A DNA stretch of 64,000 nt. Source: Myxococcota bacterium. Its GTDB lineage: Bacteria > Myxococcota_A > UBA9160 > UBA6930. A program made the position numbers and the translations under genes. The notes beneath the pieces are model-generated. The model did no database searches. It was not told the origin of the DNA and worked only from the letters and a program-made list of their open reading frames with translations. Location: the NCBI GenBank assembly GCA_036560185.1, contig DATBRS010000247.1:6049-70048 (forward strand), written 5' to 3'. Shown here one piece after another: positions 27,652 to 37,247 of this stretch; the stretch's first letter is position 1; each line of letters starts with the position of its first letter.

Positions 27652-28428
27652 GTGCGCCTGGCCGATCGGATCGCGGTCGTCACCGGCGCCGGCTCCGGCA
27701 TCGGCCGCGCGATCGCGCAGCTCTTCGCGCGCGAGGGTGCGACGATCGCGGCGCTGGACGTGCGCGAGGCCGCCGCGCGCGAGACGGTCGCGCTGCTCGG
27801 CGCCGGCAAGCACGGCGCGTTCGTGTGCGACGTCGCGGACGGCGCCGGCGTCGTCGCCGCCTTCGACGCGATCGATGCCGCGTACGGGCGCATCGACGTG
27901 GTGGTGAACAACGCGGGCATCGACCACACGCCCGGCGACGGCATGGACAAGCTGATCGAGAACCGCGGCCTGGTGACGCCGTTCATGAGCGACGCCGCGT
28001 TCCAGCGCATGCTCGCGGTCAACGTGTTCGGCGTGTTCGTGTGCACGCGCGAGGGCGTGAAGCGCATGCTGCGCGACAAGCGCGGCGGCGCGATCGTGAA
28101 CATGTCGAGCATCGCGGGCCTGAGCGCCCAGGGCACCGCGCACTACGCCGCCTCGAAGGCCGCCGTGTTGGGCCTCACGCGCGCGACGGCGCGCGAGCTC
28201 GGGCCGCACGGCATCCGCGTCAACGCGATCTGCCCCGGCGTGATCGACACGCCGATGGCCGCGGGCGTGCCCGAGGCCGCGCTGAAGCCGCTGCTCGGCG
28301 CGACGCCGCTGCGCCGCATCGGCAAGGCCGAGGACATCGCGAACGCGGCGCTCTACCTCGCGAGCGAAGAGGCGAGCTTCGTGACGGGCCAGTGGCTGTC
28401 GCCGAACGGCGGCTTGGTGATGTGTTGA
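27652..28428 (+). CDS. SDR-family oxidoreductase (FabG-like 3-oxoacyl reductase)
   Basis: GTG at 27652, 2 nt after the upstream stop. It has TGAGSGIG, NNAG, and YAASKAAVLGLTR (YxxxK). Confidence 0.85.
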   Translation: MRLADRIAVVTGAGSGIGRAIAQLFAREGATIAALDVREAAARETVALLGAGKHGAFVCDVADGAGVVAAFDAIDAAYGRIDVVVNNAGIDHTPGDGMDKLIENRGLVTPFMSDAAFQRMLAVNVFGVFVCTREGVKRMLRDKRGGAIVNMSSIAGLSAQGTAHYAASKAAVLGLTRATARELGPHGIRVNAICPGVIDTPMAAGVPEAALKPLLGATPLRRIGKAEDIANAALYLASEEASFVTGQWLSPNGGLVMC

Positions 28429-28465
28429 AGCGGCGAGGCCGCGCGCGCTCCGCCCGGGCGCCGCG

Positions 28466-28924
28466 ATGACCGACGCGCTGCCGCCCACGCGCCTCGCCTC
28501 GCTCGCCGATCTCGACGCGCTCGCGCCGCTGATGGACGCGTACCGTCAGTTCTACGAGCAGCCTGCCGACCTCCCGCGCGCGCGTGCCTTTCTCGGCGAG
28601 CGCATGGCGCGCGGTGAGTGCGTGGTCTACGCGGCGCTCGGCGCGGGCGGCGAGCCGATCGGCTTCACCCTGCTCTACCCGACCTTCACGTCGGTGGGCA
28701 CCGGGCGGATCTTCATCCTGAACGACTTGTTCGTGGCGCCTGCCGCGCGCGGCACCCGTGCCGGCGTCGCGCTGCTCGAAGCCGCGAAGGCGCACGCGCG
28801 CGCGGCCGGCGCGCTGCGCCTCTCACTGCGCACGGCGCACGACAACACGCGCGCGCAGGGCGTGTACGAGCGCAACGGCTGGCAGCGTGATCAGCGCTTC
28901 CGCCAGTACGACTTCACGCTCTGA
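28466..28924 (+). CDS. GNAT-family N-acetyltransferase
   Basis: 152 aa. Its acetyl-CoA-binding block LFVAPAARGTRAGVALLEAAKAHARAAG is typical of the family. Confidence 0.8.
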   Translation: MTDALPPTRLASLADLDALAPLMDAYRQFYEQPADLPRARAFLGERMARGECVVYAALGAGGEPIGFTLLYPTFTSVGTGRIFILNDLFVAPAARGTRAGVALLEAAKAHARAAGALRLSLRTAHDNTRAQGVYERNGWQRDQRFRQYDFTL

Positions 28925-28930
28925 GGCGGC

Positions 28931-29728
28931 TCACGACGCGTGCGCGGCGCGCCAGTGGCTCTCGCCGAACGCAGGCAGCGGCGCGCGCTGCGCGGTCGGC
29001 GGCTTGAGCGCGAGCGTGACACCGCGCCGCTCGGGCGCGGAGTTCGCGCGCGCGAGTCGCACGTGCGAAGCGTTCGGCGCGGGCGTCGCGCGCAGCAGCG
29101 CGCGCAGCCACGCCCAGACGCGCGCGCCACTCGGCTGCGCGCGCAGCTCCTCGAAGCGGATGCGGCGCGCGCGATCGGGCCGCAGCACGAGCGCGGCGGC
29201 GAGCGATTCGAGCGCGAGCGCGGTCTCGCCGGCGCGCTTCTCGCAGTGCGCGAGATCGAGGCGCGCGTCGAAGTCGCTCGGATCGAGCGCGATGGCGCGC
29301 CGCAAGAGGTCGGCGGCGACGCAGACGTCGGCGCGCAGCTTGTACTGCGCGCGGCCCGTCAGCAGCGCGAGCTTGGCGTCGACGATGCGGCCGCGCGCGC
29401 GCTCGAGCTCCGCGATCGAGAGCCACACCACGGCGGTGCGGGGCATCGTCGCCGCCGCGTCCCGATACACGCCGATGGCCTTGTCCGCGAAGCCCGCGCG
29501 CGCGAACTCGTCGGCCGCCCCGCGATAGGCCTGCCACGCGCGGTCGGGCTCGGCCACCTGCGCGAAGAGCGGCGCGATGCGCCGTAGCAGCTCCGGGTTC
29601 CGCGGCTCGGCGGCGAGCACGCGCTCGAAGCACGCGATCGCCTCGTGGAAGCGCCCGCGCCTGCGCGCGCGCGCCGCGGCGTCGAGCAAACGCGCCCGGT
29701 CGTAGGAGTCGTCGCGAATTGCGCCCAT
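28931..29728 (-). CDS. TPR-like hypothetical protein
   Basis: ATG at 29728 with a GGGGAGGA SD. It has helical repeats (RGRFHEAIACFERVLAAEPRNPELL...; ADLLRRAIALDPSDFDARLDLAHC). The upstream 52 aa of the track ORF are unlikely to be coding. Confidence 0.5.
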   Translation of the reverse strand: MGAIRDDSYDRARLLDAAARARRRGRFHEAIACFERVLAAEPRNPELLRRIAPLFAQVAEPDRAWQAYRGAADEFARAGFADKAIGVYRDAAATMPRTAVVWLSIAELERARGRIVDAKLALLTGRAQYKLRADVCVAADLLRRAIALDPSDFDARLDLAHCEKRAGETALALESLAAALVLRPDRARRIRFEELRAQPSGARVWAWLRALLRATPAPNASHVRLARANSAPERRGVTLALKPPTAQRAPLPAFGESHWRAAHAS

Positions 29729-29915
29729 GAGAATCCTCCCCGAGATCTGCCTCTCTGGTTCGGCAGCTCGCGCGGCGCGCCGCGTGACGCGGTTCACCGC
29801 GGGGGTAGTGACGCCCGTCGCCGACGGGCTGCCGCTCGGCGGACCGCTCTCCCGAATCCCGCGGCTCCGGGCCGCGAACGGCAACTCCTGCGCAACTTCG
29901 GCGGGGCGGACGGCG

Positions 29916-30437
29916 TTAGCGCTTCCCGAGGCCGGCGAGCATCTCGTACAGCACGTCGCTGCGATCGCGCTTGCCCGTCAGGTGCGCCTCCGCGATCGGG
30001 AACCGCCCGGGCTCGTCGTCCACGCGCGACCATTCCGTCACGCACGCGCGGCGCGCGATCTTCCACGCGCCCGCGCGCTTCTCGAAGCGATCGACGTAGC
30101 GCACGCCGACCATCAGGTTGAGGCTCGGCCGCGCCTCGCGGCTGCGATGAAACGCGATCGCGTAGGTCTCGGCGACCGCGGCGTCGCCCTCGACTTCGAT
30201 CAGCACATTGCCCGCGAAGTGCATCGTCGACTCGAAGCGCGCGAGCAGCTTCGTCACCCAGGCGACGAACTCGTCGCGCGTCCCTGAGAACCCGCCGTGC
30301 GAGTCGTGAGCGTCGGCGTGATAGCAGGAGCGCACCAGCTCGAGATCGAGGCGATCGATGCCGCGGAAGTAGCGGAGCAGGACGGAGTGGATCTCGTCGC
30401 GGGCGAGCAAGCTGGTGAGGTCGGCGGGCGCGGACAT
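29916..30437 (-). CDS. NTF2-superfamily (SnoaL_4-like) protein
   Basis: 173 aa. The N-terminal block DEIHSVLLRYFRGIDRLDLELVRSCYHADAHDSHG, with WKIARR later in the chain, is typical of SnoaL-like/NTF2 family proteins. Confidence 0.7.
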   Translation of the reverse strand: MSAPADLTSLLARDEIHSVLLRYFRGIDRLDLELVRSCYHADAHDSHGGFSGTRDEFVAWVTKLLARFESTMHFAGNVLIEVEGDAAVAETYAIAFHRSREARPSLNLMVGVRYVDRFEKRAGAWKIARRACVTEWSRVDDEPGRFPIAEAHLTGKRDRSDVLYEMLAGLGKR

Positions 30438-30521
30438 GCGCGCACGCTATCGCCGCTCTCGGAGCGGCGCGCGGCGGACAGCACGGCTCCGGGCCGTGGT
30501 AGGGTGGGCGAGGAGGCACCG

Positions 30522-30938
30522 ATGAAAGCCCTGAGAGTCGTCGCGATCTTGATCGTGGTCTACGTCGGCATCGTCGTCGCGTTCGAGTCCCTGATCGGGT
30601 ACTTGCAGCCGAGCAACGAGGCGACGCTAGTCATCACCACGCGGGGCCCCGACGGCGCGGCCCACGACCGCGTGGTCTCGCGCCTCGACAGCGACGGCCA
30701 CATCTACGTCGCCGCCAACCATTGGCCGCGGGCGTGGTATCGGCGCGCGCTCGCGAATCCGAACGTGCAAGCGACGGTGGATGGCGAGAAGCGCGACTTC
30801 GTCGCCGTGCCCGTCACGGGCGCGGAGCACGAGCGAGTCGAGAGCGAGAACCGGCACGGCCTCGTCTTCCGCATCCTGACTGGGTTCCCGCCGCGCTACT
30901 TCGTGCGGCTGGATCCGCGCGAGCCCGCGCCGAGCTGA
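30522..30938 (+). CDS. DUF385/nitroreductase-family (deazaflavin-dependent-like) protein with N-terminal TM helix
   Basis: ATG at 30522 with an AGGAGG SD. TM helix MKALRVVAILIVVYVGIVVAF. The sequence then reads LVITTRGPDGAAHDRVVSRLDSDGHIYVAANHWPRAWYRRALANPNV. Confidence 0.6.
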   Translation: MKALRVVAILIVVYVGIVVAFESLIGYLQPSNEATLVITTRGPDGAAHDRVVSRLDSDGHIYVAANHWPRAWYRRALANPNVQATVDGEKRDFVAVPVTGAEHERVESENRHGLVFRILTGFPPRYFVRLDPREPAPS

Positions 30939-30951
30939 GCGGCGGCGCCAC

Positions 30952-32637
30952 TCAGTGCGCCATCGAGCCCGCTGCGAGCGCGTCGGGGCTCGCCTCGGGC
31001 GCTGGCCCGCTCGCCGCCGCCGCGCCGCCTCCGAGATTGCGCAGATCGAAGGCCTTGCTGCGGAAGATCCACACGAACGGCAGCAGCGCGCCGATCACGA
31101 GGATCACGAAGTAGTAGGAGTCGCGGAACGCGAGCACGGTGGCTTCGCGTTCGATCACGCCGTGCAGCAGCTGATAGGCGCCGTTCAGCGCCTCGGCGGG
31201 ATCGAGACCGCGCGCGGCCAATCCGGCGCGCATCATCTCGAGCCGCTGCCAGGTCGCGGGCGAGAGCGACGTGACGTGCTCGGTCAGGTAGGCGGCGTGC
31301 ACGTCGGCGCGGTGGTCGAGCAGCGTCGCGAGCACCGCGATGCCGAGCGAGCCGCCGGTCTGGCGGGACAAGTTGTAGAGCGCGGCGCCCTGCAGCACGT
31401 CCTTCGGGTGCAAGTAGCGCATCGCGGCGAGCGAGAGCGGGGCGAATAACAAGCCGAGCCCGATGCCGCGACCCATCTGCGGCCAGATCAGGTCCCAGCC
31501 GTGAGACTGCAGGTTCCATTGGCTCATGCCGTAGAGCGCAGGCAGGAACACGAGCATGCCCGCGAAAATCAGCGGGAACGGTCCGGTACGCATCACGGCG
31601 CGGCCCGCGAACGGCATGATCAGCGCCGTCGTCACGGTCGAGGGCAGCACCCAGATGCCGCTCTTCCACGACGACCAGTGCAGCATGCCCTGCGTGAAGA
31701 TCGGGAACAGGAAGATCGAGCCGTAGAGCCCGACGCCGAACGCCGCGCCATATACGCAGCCGACCAGCAGCGGCTTGTTACGGAGCACGCGCAGGTCGAC
31801 GACCGGATGCGGCGTGCGCAGCTCGTGCCAGACGAAGCCCACGCCGGAGAGGATCGCGAGCACCGCGGTCGCGCGGATCGTCGCGCTCGCGAACCAGTCG
31901 AGGTGATTGCCGCGCTCGATCGTGTACTGGAGCGTCGCGATCGCGACGATCAACAGCGCGATGCCTGGCCAGTCGACGCCCTCGGCTCGGCGCGCGTGCC
32001 GGTAGGTGGGCAGGTAGTTGTAGATCAGGAACGCCGCGAGCAGTCCGAGCGGCAGGTTGACGTAGAAGATCCACGGCCACGAGAAGTTGTCGGTGAGCCA
32101 GCCGCCCAGCGTCGGGCCGAGGCTCGGGCCGAGCGTCGCGCCGACGCCGAAGATCGCCTGCCCGGTGCCCTGCCGCTCCGGCGGGAAGATCTCGACCATC
32201 AGTGCCTGGCCCGAGGAGAGCAGCGCGCCACCGCCGAGGCCCTGCAGGATGCGGAACAGCACGAGCTCCCAGAGCGAAGTCGAGAGGCCGCACAGCGCGG
32301 AGGCGGCGGTGAACAGCAGGATCGAGAACGTGAGGTAGCGGCGGCGTCCGAAGCGGCTCGCGAGCCAGCTCGTCATCGGGATGATGGTGACGTTGGCGAT
32401 GATGTACGAGGTGACGATCCAGCTCGCCTCGTCCACGGTCGCGCCGAGGTTCGACATCATGTCGGGCAGCGCGACGTTCACGATGCTCGTGTCGATCAGC
32501 TCGAGCAGCACCGCGAGCATCACGCCGAAGATCAGCGCGAGCGCGGCGAAGTTCAGCTCGCCGGCGTGCGCCGCCGCGAGCGCCGCGTCACCGCGCGAGC
32601 GCGCGCTCTCGCGAGAGTCCGTCCCGCCCGCCGACAC
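30952..32637 (-). CDS. MFS transporter, DHA2 (EmrB/QacA, 14-TMS) drug-efflux family
   Basis: 561 aa with many TM segments. The N-terminal block is LELIDTSIVNVALPDMMSNLGATVDEASWIVTSYIIANVTIIPMTSWLASRFGRRR. It sits downstream of a HlyD/EmrA-like gene. Confidence 0.85.
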   Translation of the reverse strand: MSAGGTDSRESARSRGDAALAAAHAGELNFAALALIFGVMLAVLLELIDTSIVNVALPDMMSNLGATVDEASWIVTSYIIANVTIIPMTSWLASRFGRRRYLTFSILLFTAASALCGLSTSLWELVLFRILQGLGGGALLSSGQALMVEIFPPERQGTGQAIFGVGATLGPSLGPTLGGWLTDNFSWPWIFYVNLPLGLLAAFLIYNYLPTYRHARRAEGVDWPGIALLIVAIATLQYTIERGNHLDWFASATIRATAVLAILSGVGFVWHELRTPHPVVDLRVLRNKPLLVGCVYGAAFGVGLYGSIFLFPIFTQGMLHWSSWKSGIWVLPSTVTTALIMPFAGRAVMRTGPFPLIFAGMLVFLPALYGMSQWNLQSHGWDLIWPQMGRGIGLGLLFAPLSLAAMRYLHPKDVLQGAALYNLSRQTGGSLGIAVLATLLDHRADVHAAYLTEHVTSLSPATWQRLEMMRAGLAARGLDPAEALNGAYQLLHGVIEREATVLAFRDSYYFVILVIGALLPFVWIFRSKAFDLRNLGGGAAAASGPAPEASPDALAAGSMAH

Positions 32638-32640
32638 GAG

Positions 32641-33696
32641 CTATTGGGGGCGCACGCGCGCGACGACGGAGAGCCCGACGGGCAGCGCGGTGGGATCCTC
32701 GTTCGCGGCGACGTCGCCGCTCACGCTGTCGAGTGCGACGCGCACCGGCACGCGCTGCACCACCTTCGTGAAGTTGCCCGTCGCGTTGTCGGGCGGGAGC
32801 AGCGCGTATTTCGCGCCCGTGGCGGGCGAAATCGATTCGATGTGCCCGCGCCAGGCGCGGTCCGGATAGGCATCCACGCTGATCTCCACGGGGTCGCCCG
32901 GCTTCATCGCGCCGATCTGCGTCTCCTTGAAGTTCGCGGTGACCCAGTTGCCGTGGGTCGCGACGATCGTGAGCAGCGGCTGGCCCGGCTGCACAGTCGC
33001 GCCCGCCTCGACGCTCTTCTTGCCGACGCGCCCGGCGATCGGCGCCGCGATCGCGGTGTAGCCGAGCGCGAGCTCGGCCTCGCGCAGCGCGGCCTCGGCC
33101 TGCTTCACGGGCGCCTCGCTGCCGAGCATCGCGCGCTCCGCGGCCTCGCGGCGCCGCGCGGCGTTCAGCTCGGCTGCGGCGGCGTCGCGCGCGCTCTGCG
33201 CGGAGTCGAGCGTGGTCTTGCTGCCCGCACCTTGCGCGAACAGCCCGCGCGCGCGCGTGAGCTCCTGCTCGGCGTGCGAGAGCCGCGCCTGGGCGGCGAT
33301 CACCTGCGCGGCCGCCGCTTCCGCCGACGCGCTCGTCTGCGCGATCGAGTTGTGTGCGACCTCGAGGTTCGCGCGCGCGTGCGCGACCCGCGCCTCGTAG
33401 TCGGCGGAGTCGATGCGCACGAGCGGAGCGCCGGCGCTCACCTCTTGGTTCTCTTCGACGAGCACGTCGAGCACCTGCCCGCTGACGCGCGGCGAGACGT
33501 ACACGACGTGGCCCTCGACGAACGCGTCGTCGGTCGACACGGTGCCCCAGATGCCACGCAGCAGATGCGTGCCGTACGCGAGCGCGCCGGCCAGCACCGC
33601 GAGCATCGCCACGATGCGCGCCGCGCGCGCGAGGTTCCAGCGCACCGCGCTCTCGCTCGCTACCGCGTCCGTTCGTCGCAGGGTCGCCTCGGCCAT
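32641..33696 (-). CDS. HlyD/EmrA-family membrane-fusion (periplasmic adaptor) protein
   Basis: 351 aa. It has an N-terminal TM, the DDAFVEGHVVYVSPRVSGQV motif, a long coiled coil, and the C-terminal NFTKVVQRVPVRV motif typical of EmrA. Confidence 0.85.
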   Translation of the reverse strand: MAEATLRRTDAVASESAVRWNLARAARIVAMLAVLAGALAYGTHLLRGIWGTVSTDDAFVEGHVVYVSPRVSGQVLDVLVEENQEVSAGAPLVRIDSADYEARVAHARANLEVAHNSIAQTSASAEAAAAQVIAAQARLSHAEQELTRARGLFAQGAGSKTTLDSAQSARDAAAAELNAARRREAAERAMLGSEAPVKQAEAALREAELALGYTAIAAPIAGRVGKKSVEAGATVQPGQPLLTIVATHGNWVTANFKETQIGAMKPGDPVEISVDAYPDRAWRGHIESISPATGAKYALLPPDNATGNFTKVVQRVPVRVALDSVSGDVAANEDPTALPVGLSVVARVRPQ

Positions 33697-34385
33697 TACT
33701 TGAACCTCCGCGGTGCGCGCCGCCGCTTCGCGGTCGCGCCCGTTCTCTCGCGCTCGTCGCGGCGCATGCCGCGCAGGAAGATCGACACGAACGCCTCCGC
33801 CACCTCGGCGTTGCTCTTCGCGTACTCCGCGCGTTCGCCGAACACTTCGCGCACGATCAGGTAGTCGAACACCATGCCGATGAAGGCGCGCGCCGCGAGC
33901 ACCGGGTCGACGTCGCGGAACGCGCCCGCGCGTGCGCGCTGCTCGATGTAGCCGGTGAGGAAGTCGCGCAGCCGCCGCACGCGCTTCTCCTGATACGGGC
34001 GCGCGAGCTGGTGGCCCTCGAGCGCGGAGAACAGCAGCAGGCGCAGGTAGGTGGGATCGCGCTCGACCGTCTCGAGCAGCGCGCGAGCGAGGCCGCCGAA
34101 CACCGCGATGTCATCACCCGCGCGGGCCGCCTCTTCGTACGGCGCGACGAGATCTTCCGCGGCGAGGCGCTCGTCGAGGATCGCGGTGTAGATCGCTTCC
34201 TTGCTGGGGAAGTAGCGATAGAGCGCGGCTTCGGTGATGCCGATCTCGCGCGCGATGTCGCGCGTGGTCGCGCCGACGTAGCCGTGCGTCGAGAACACGC
34301 GCGCGGCGATCGCGAGGATGTCCGCGCGCCGCACCTCGGCGGGCATGCGCGCGGGCCGGATCGGCGGCTTGCGACGGGGCGCCAT
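33696..34385 (-). CDS. TetR/AcrR-family transcriptional regulator
   Basis: HTH block ILAIAARVFSTHGYVGATTRDIAREIGITEAALYRYFPSKEAI. I chose the ATG at 34385 over the TTG at 34403. The stop overlaps the emrA-like start. Confidence 0.85.
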   Translation of the reverse strand: MAPRRKPPIRPARMPAEVRRADILAIAARVFSTHGYVGATTRDIAREIGITEAALYRYFPSKEAIYTAILDERLAAEDLVAPYEEAARAGDDIAVFGGLARALLETVERDPTYLRLLLFSALEGHQLARPYQEKRVRRLRDFLTGYIEQRARAGAFRDVDPVLAARAFIGMVFDYLIVREVFGERAEYAKSNAEVAEAFVSIFLRGMRRDERERTGATAKRRRAPRRFK

Positions 34386-34394
34386 GAGGGCCCA

Positions 34395-34412
34395 AGTTAG
34401 CAAGCGTTAACT
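34395..34412. promoter_or_regulatory. AT-rich imperfect palindrome, candidate TetR operator
   Basis: AGTTAGCAAGCGTTAACT has outer arms AGTTA/TAACT and is followed by TAACTAA. It is the only AT-rich patch in the 188-bp divergent region between the tetR-like gene and the MFS gene. Confidence 0.3.
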
Positions 34413-34573
34413 AACTAAGCGACGGGCGCCGGCACCAGGAGCTACCCGCCGGTCGCAGCGCGCTGTGCGACGCGGCGCGCTTTCGGGCAATGCCCCGCGC
34501 CGCCGGCATAGACTCCCATCCCTTAGAGGCCGAGCTCGCTCCCTGCGGGGCGCGCGATCGCAGGAGCCGCCCG

Positions 34574-35857
34574 ATGAGCGCGACCGCCGCCGCCGAATCC
34601 GACGCGCGCCTCCCGCAGCGCACGATCCTCACCGCGCTGTGCTTCGCCGCGGTCTTCATTTGTTACGTCGACCGCGTGAACATCTCGCTCGCGATCACCG
34701 CGATGGCGCGCGAGTTCGCCTGGGACAAGACGACGAGCGGCTTCGTCATGTCCTCGTTCTTCCTCGGCTACCTGCTCACGCAGGTGCCCGGCGGCTGGCT
34801 CGCCGGCCGCTTCGGCGGCAAGCACGTGCTCGCGGGCGGCGTGCTGCTCTGGTCGCTGTTCACCGCGCTCACGCCGCCCGCCGCGTTCGTGAGCTTCGCG
34901 GGCCTCGTCGCCGCGCGCGTCCTCATGGGCATGGGCGAGGGCGTCACGTTCCCGTCGATCTACGCGCTCTTCTCGCGCTGGGTCCCCGCGCGGCGCCGAT
35001 CGCGCGCGGTCGGCCTCGTGTTCAGCGCGATCCCGCTCGGCACCGTGTTCGCGCAGCTGACGACGCCCGCGCTCGTCAGCAGCTACGGCTGGCCGTGGGC
35101 GTTCTACGCGTTCGCAGGCTTCGGCCTCGTGTGGTGGGCTGCGTGGCAGCCGCTCACCGCCTCGGGCCCCGAGCTGCACGCGCGCACGACCGAAGCCGAG
35201 CTGCGCGAGCTGCGCGCGGATGCGGGCGTGGCGACGAACGCCGCAGCTCCGCCCCTGCGCGCGCTGCTCGGCAGCAGCGCGGTGTGGGCGATCGTGATCG
35301 GCCACTTCTGCAGCAACTGGGGGACGTACGTGATGCTCTCCTGGGCGCCGACGTATTTCCTCGAGCGCTTCGGCGTGGACTTCCACGCGGTCGGCCTCTA
35401 CGTGATGCTGCCGTCGCTCGTCTCGTTCGCGTGCCTGAACCTCGCGGGGCAGGTCGGCGACACGCTGATCGCCCGTGGCCTCGCCGTCCGCACGGTTCGC
35501 AAGCTGATGCAGAGCATCGGCTTCGGCGGCGTCGCTGCGGCGCTGCTCGCGCTGACGCAGGTGCAGAGCGCGGAGGTGGCGGTCGCCGTGATGTGCGTCG
35601 GCAACCTGCTCGGCGCCGCCGTCGCCGCGGGCTTCGGCAGCAACCACCTCGACATCGCGCCGCGCCACGCCGGCGCGGTGATGGGTCTCTCGAACACCGC
35701 GGGCACGCTGCCCGGCGTCATCGGCGTCACGCTCAGCGGCTGGCTCGTCGACGTCACCGGCTCGTGGTCGATCGTGTTCGTGGTCGCCGCCGGCGTGAAG
35801 CTGTTCGGGCTGGCGTTCTTCCTGACCTTCGCCAAGGGCGAGAAGCTGTTCGACTAG
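34574..35857 (+). CDS. MFS transporter (anion:cation symporter/ACS-like family)
   Basis: ATG at 34574 with an AGGAG SD. It contains CFAAVFICYVDRVNISLAI...GFVMSSFFLGYLLTQVPGGWLAGRFGGK and 12 predicted TM segments. Confidence 0.8.
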   Translation: MSATAAAESDARLPQRTILTALCFAAVFICYVDRVNISLAITAMAREFAWDKTTSGFVMSSFFLGYLLTQVPGGWLAGRFGGKHVLAGGVLLWSLFTALTPPAAFVSFAGLVAARVLMGMGEGVTFPSIYALFSRWVPARRRSRAVGLVFSAIPLGTVFAQLTTPALVSSYGWPWAFYAFAGFGLVWWAAWQPLTASGPELHARTTEAELRELRADAGVATNAAAPPLRALLGSSAVWAIVIGHFCSNWGTYVMLSWAPTYFLERFGVDFHAVGLYVMLPSLVSFACLNLAGQVGDTLIARGLAVRTVRKLMQSIGFGGVAAALLALTQVQSAEVAVAVMCVGNLLGAAVAAGFGSNHLDIAPRHAGAVMGLSNTAGTLPGVIGVTLSGWLVDVTGSWSIVFVVAAGVKLFGLAFFLTFAKGEKLFD

Positions 35858-35924
35858 GCGGCACCGACGTCGAGGTGCGGCGCGGGCGCGCGCCGGTTTA
35901 CGCTCGCGCCACACGAGGTTCGGC

Positions 35925-37154
35925 ATGCGCGCCGCGGACATCACCACCGCCGACCTGATGGATCTCGACCGCATCGTCGCGCGCGGAATGCCGCACGAGG
36001 AGCTGCGCGCGCTGCGCCGCGAGGCGCCGGTGAAGTGGTTCGCGTTCGAGGGGTCGCGCCCGGGGTTCTGGGCGATCACGAAGCGCTCCGACATCGTCGC
36101 GCTCTCGAAGCAGCCCGAGAAGTTCCTGATCGGGCCGCGCACCGCGGTGTTCGCGGAGAGCCCGCCCTCGAGCGAGCGCTCGATCGAGGCGCGCCACCTG
36201 TTGACGATGGATCCGCCCGAGCACGCCGAGTACCGCAAGCTCGCGAGCGCCTGGTTCACGCCGCGCGCGATCGAGACGCGGCGGCCGGAGATCACGAAGC
36301 TCGCGTGCGAGCTGCTCGACCGGCTCGCGCCCGCCGGCGAGTTCGACTTCGTGGCGGACTTCGCCGCGCCGCTCACGCTCTCGGTGCTCGCCGACATGTT
36401 AGGGGTTCCGCGTGAGGACTGGCCGCGCCTGTTCGACTGGACGAACCGCCTGATCGGCTCCGCAGACCCCGAGTTCCAGCACGGCCAGAGCAAGCTCTCC
36501 GACGAGCAGGCGACGCGCGAAACCTTCGCCTACTTCCGCGAGCTCGCCGCCGAGCGCGCGGCGCGCCCGACGCGCGACCTCACGAGCGTGCTGGTGAACG
36601 CGCGCATCGCGGGCGAGCCGCTGCCCGCGCTCGACCTGCTCTCGTACTACCAGCTGCTCGTGGTCGCTGGCAACGAGACGACGCGCAATGCGGCGAGCGG
36701 CGGGCTGATGGCGCTGATCGAGAACCCGCGCGAGCTGGGCAAGCTGCGCGCGAATCCGCAGCTCGTGAACCTCGCGGTCGAAGAGGTGGTGCGCTGGACC
36801 TCGCCGGTGGTCCAGTTCTGCCGCACCGGGGTCGAGGACTTCGAGCTGCGCGGCCAGAAGATCCGCGCGGGCGAATCGATGTGCCTCTTCTACGGCTCGG
36901 CCAATCGCGACGAGGAAGCCTTCGATCGGCCCGACGAGTTCCACGTCGACCGCAGCCCGAACCCGCACCTCGGCTTCGGGATCGGCGAGCACTTCTGCCT
37001 GGGCGCGAGCCTCGCGCGGCTCGAGCTGCGCGTGATCTTCGCCGAGGTCGCGCGCCGCTTCGCAAAGCTCGAGATCGTGAGCGAGCCGCCGCGCATGCGC
37101 TCGAGCCTGATCAGCGGCGTGAAGCGGCTGCGCGTGGCCTACCGGCTCGTCTGA
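35925..37154 (+). CDS. Cytochrome P450
   Basis: 409 aa. It has the I-helix AGNETT, the EEVVRW (ExxR) motif, and the heme-thiolate loop FGIGEHFCLGASLA. Confidence 0.9.
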   Translation: MRAADITTADLMDLDRIVARGMPHEELRALRREAPVKWFAFEGSRPGFWAITKRSDIVALSKQPEKFLIGPRTAVFAESPPSSERSIEARHLLTMDPPEHAEYRKLASAWFTPRAIETRRPEITKLACELLDRLAPAGEFDFVADFAAPLTLSVLADMLGVPREDWPRLFDWTNRLIGSADPEFQHGQSKLSDEQATRETFAYFRELAAERAARPTRDLTSVLVNARIAGEPLPALDLLSYYQLLVVAGNETTRNAASGGLMALIENPRELGKLRANPQLVNLAVEEVVRWTSPVVQFCRTGVEDFELRGQKIRAGESMCLFYGSANRDEEAFDRPDEFHVDRSPNPHLGFGIGEHFCLGASLARLELRVIFAEVARRFAKLEIVSEPPRMRSSLISGVKRLRVAYRLV

Positions 37155-37247
37155 CGCGGCGGCCCGCCGGAAGCAGCCGCTTCCCTCCCAGGGAATGGGC
37201 GCGCTTCCGTGCTGCGTCATGCTTCGCGCGCAGCGTGGGGGCCTCGC

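Noticed and set aside
28466-28924. The GNAT acetyltransferase as the missing bacterial ceramide synthase (bCerS is GNAT-like).
   Set aside because: It lies 24 kb from the spt-like gene in an unrelated catabolic neighbourhood. At 152 aa it looks like a generic small GNAT, so there is no contextual support.
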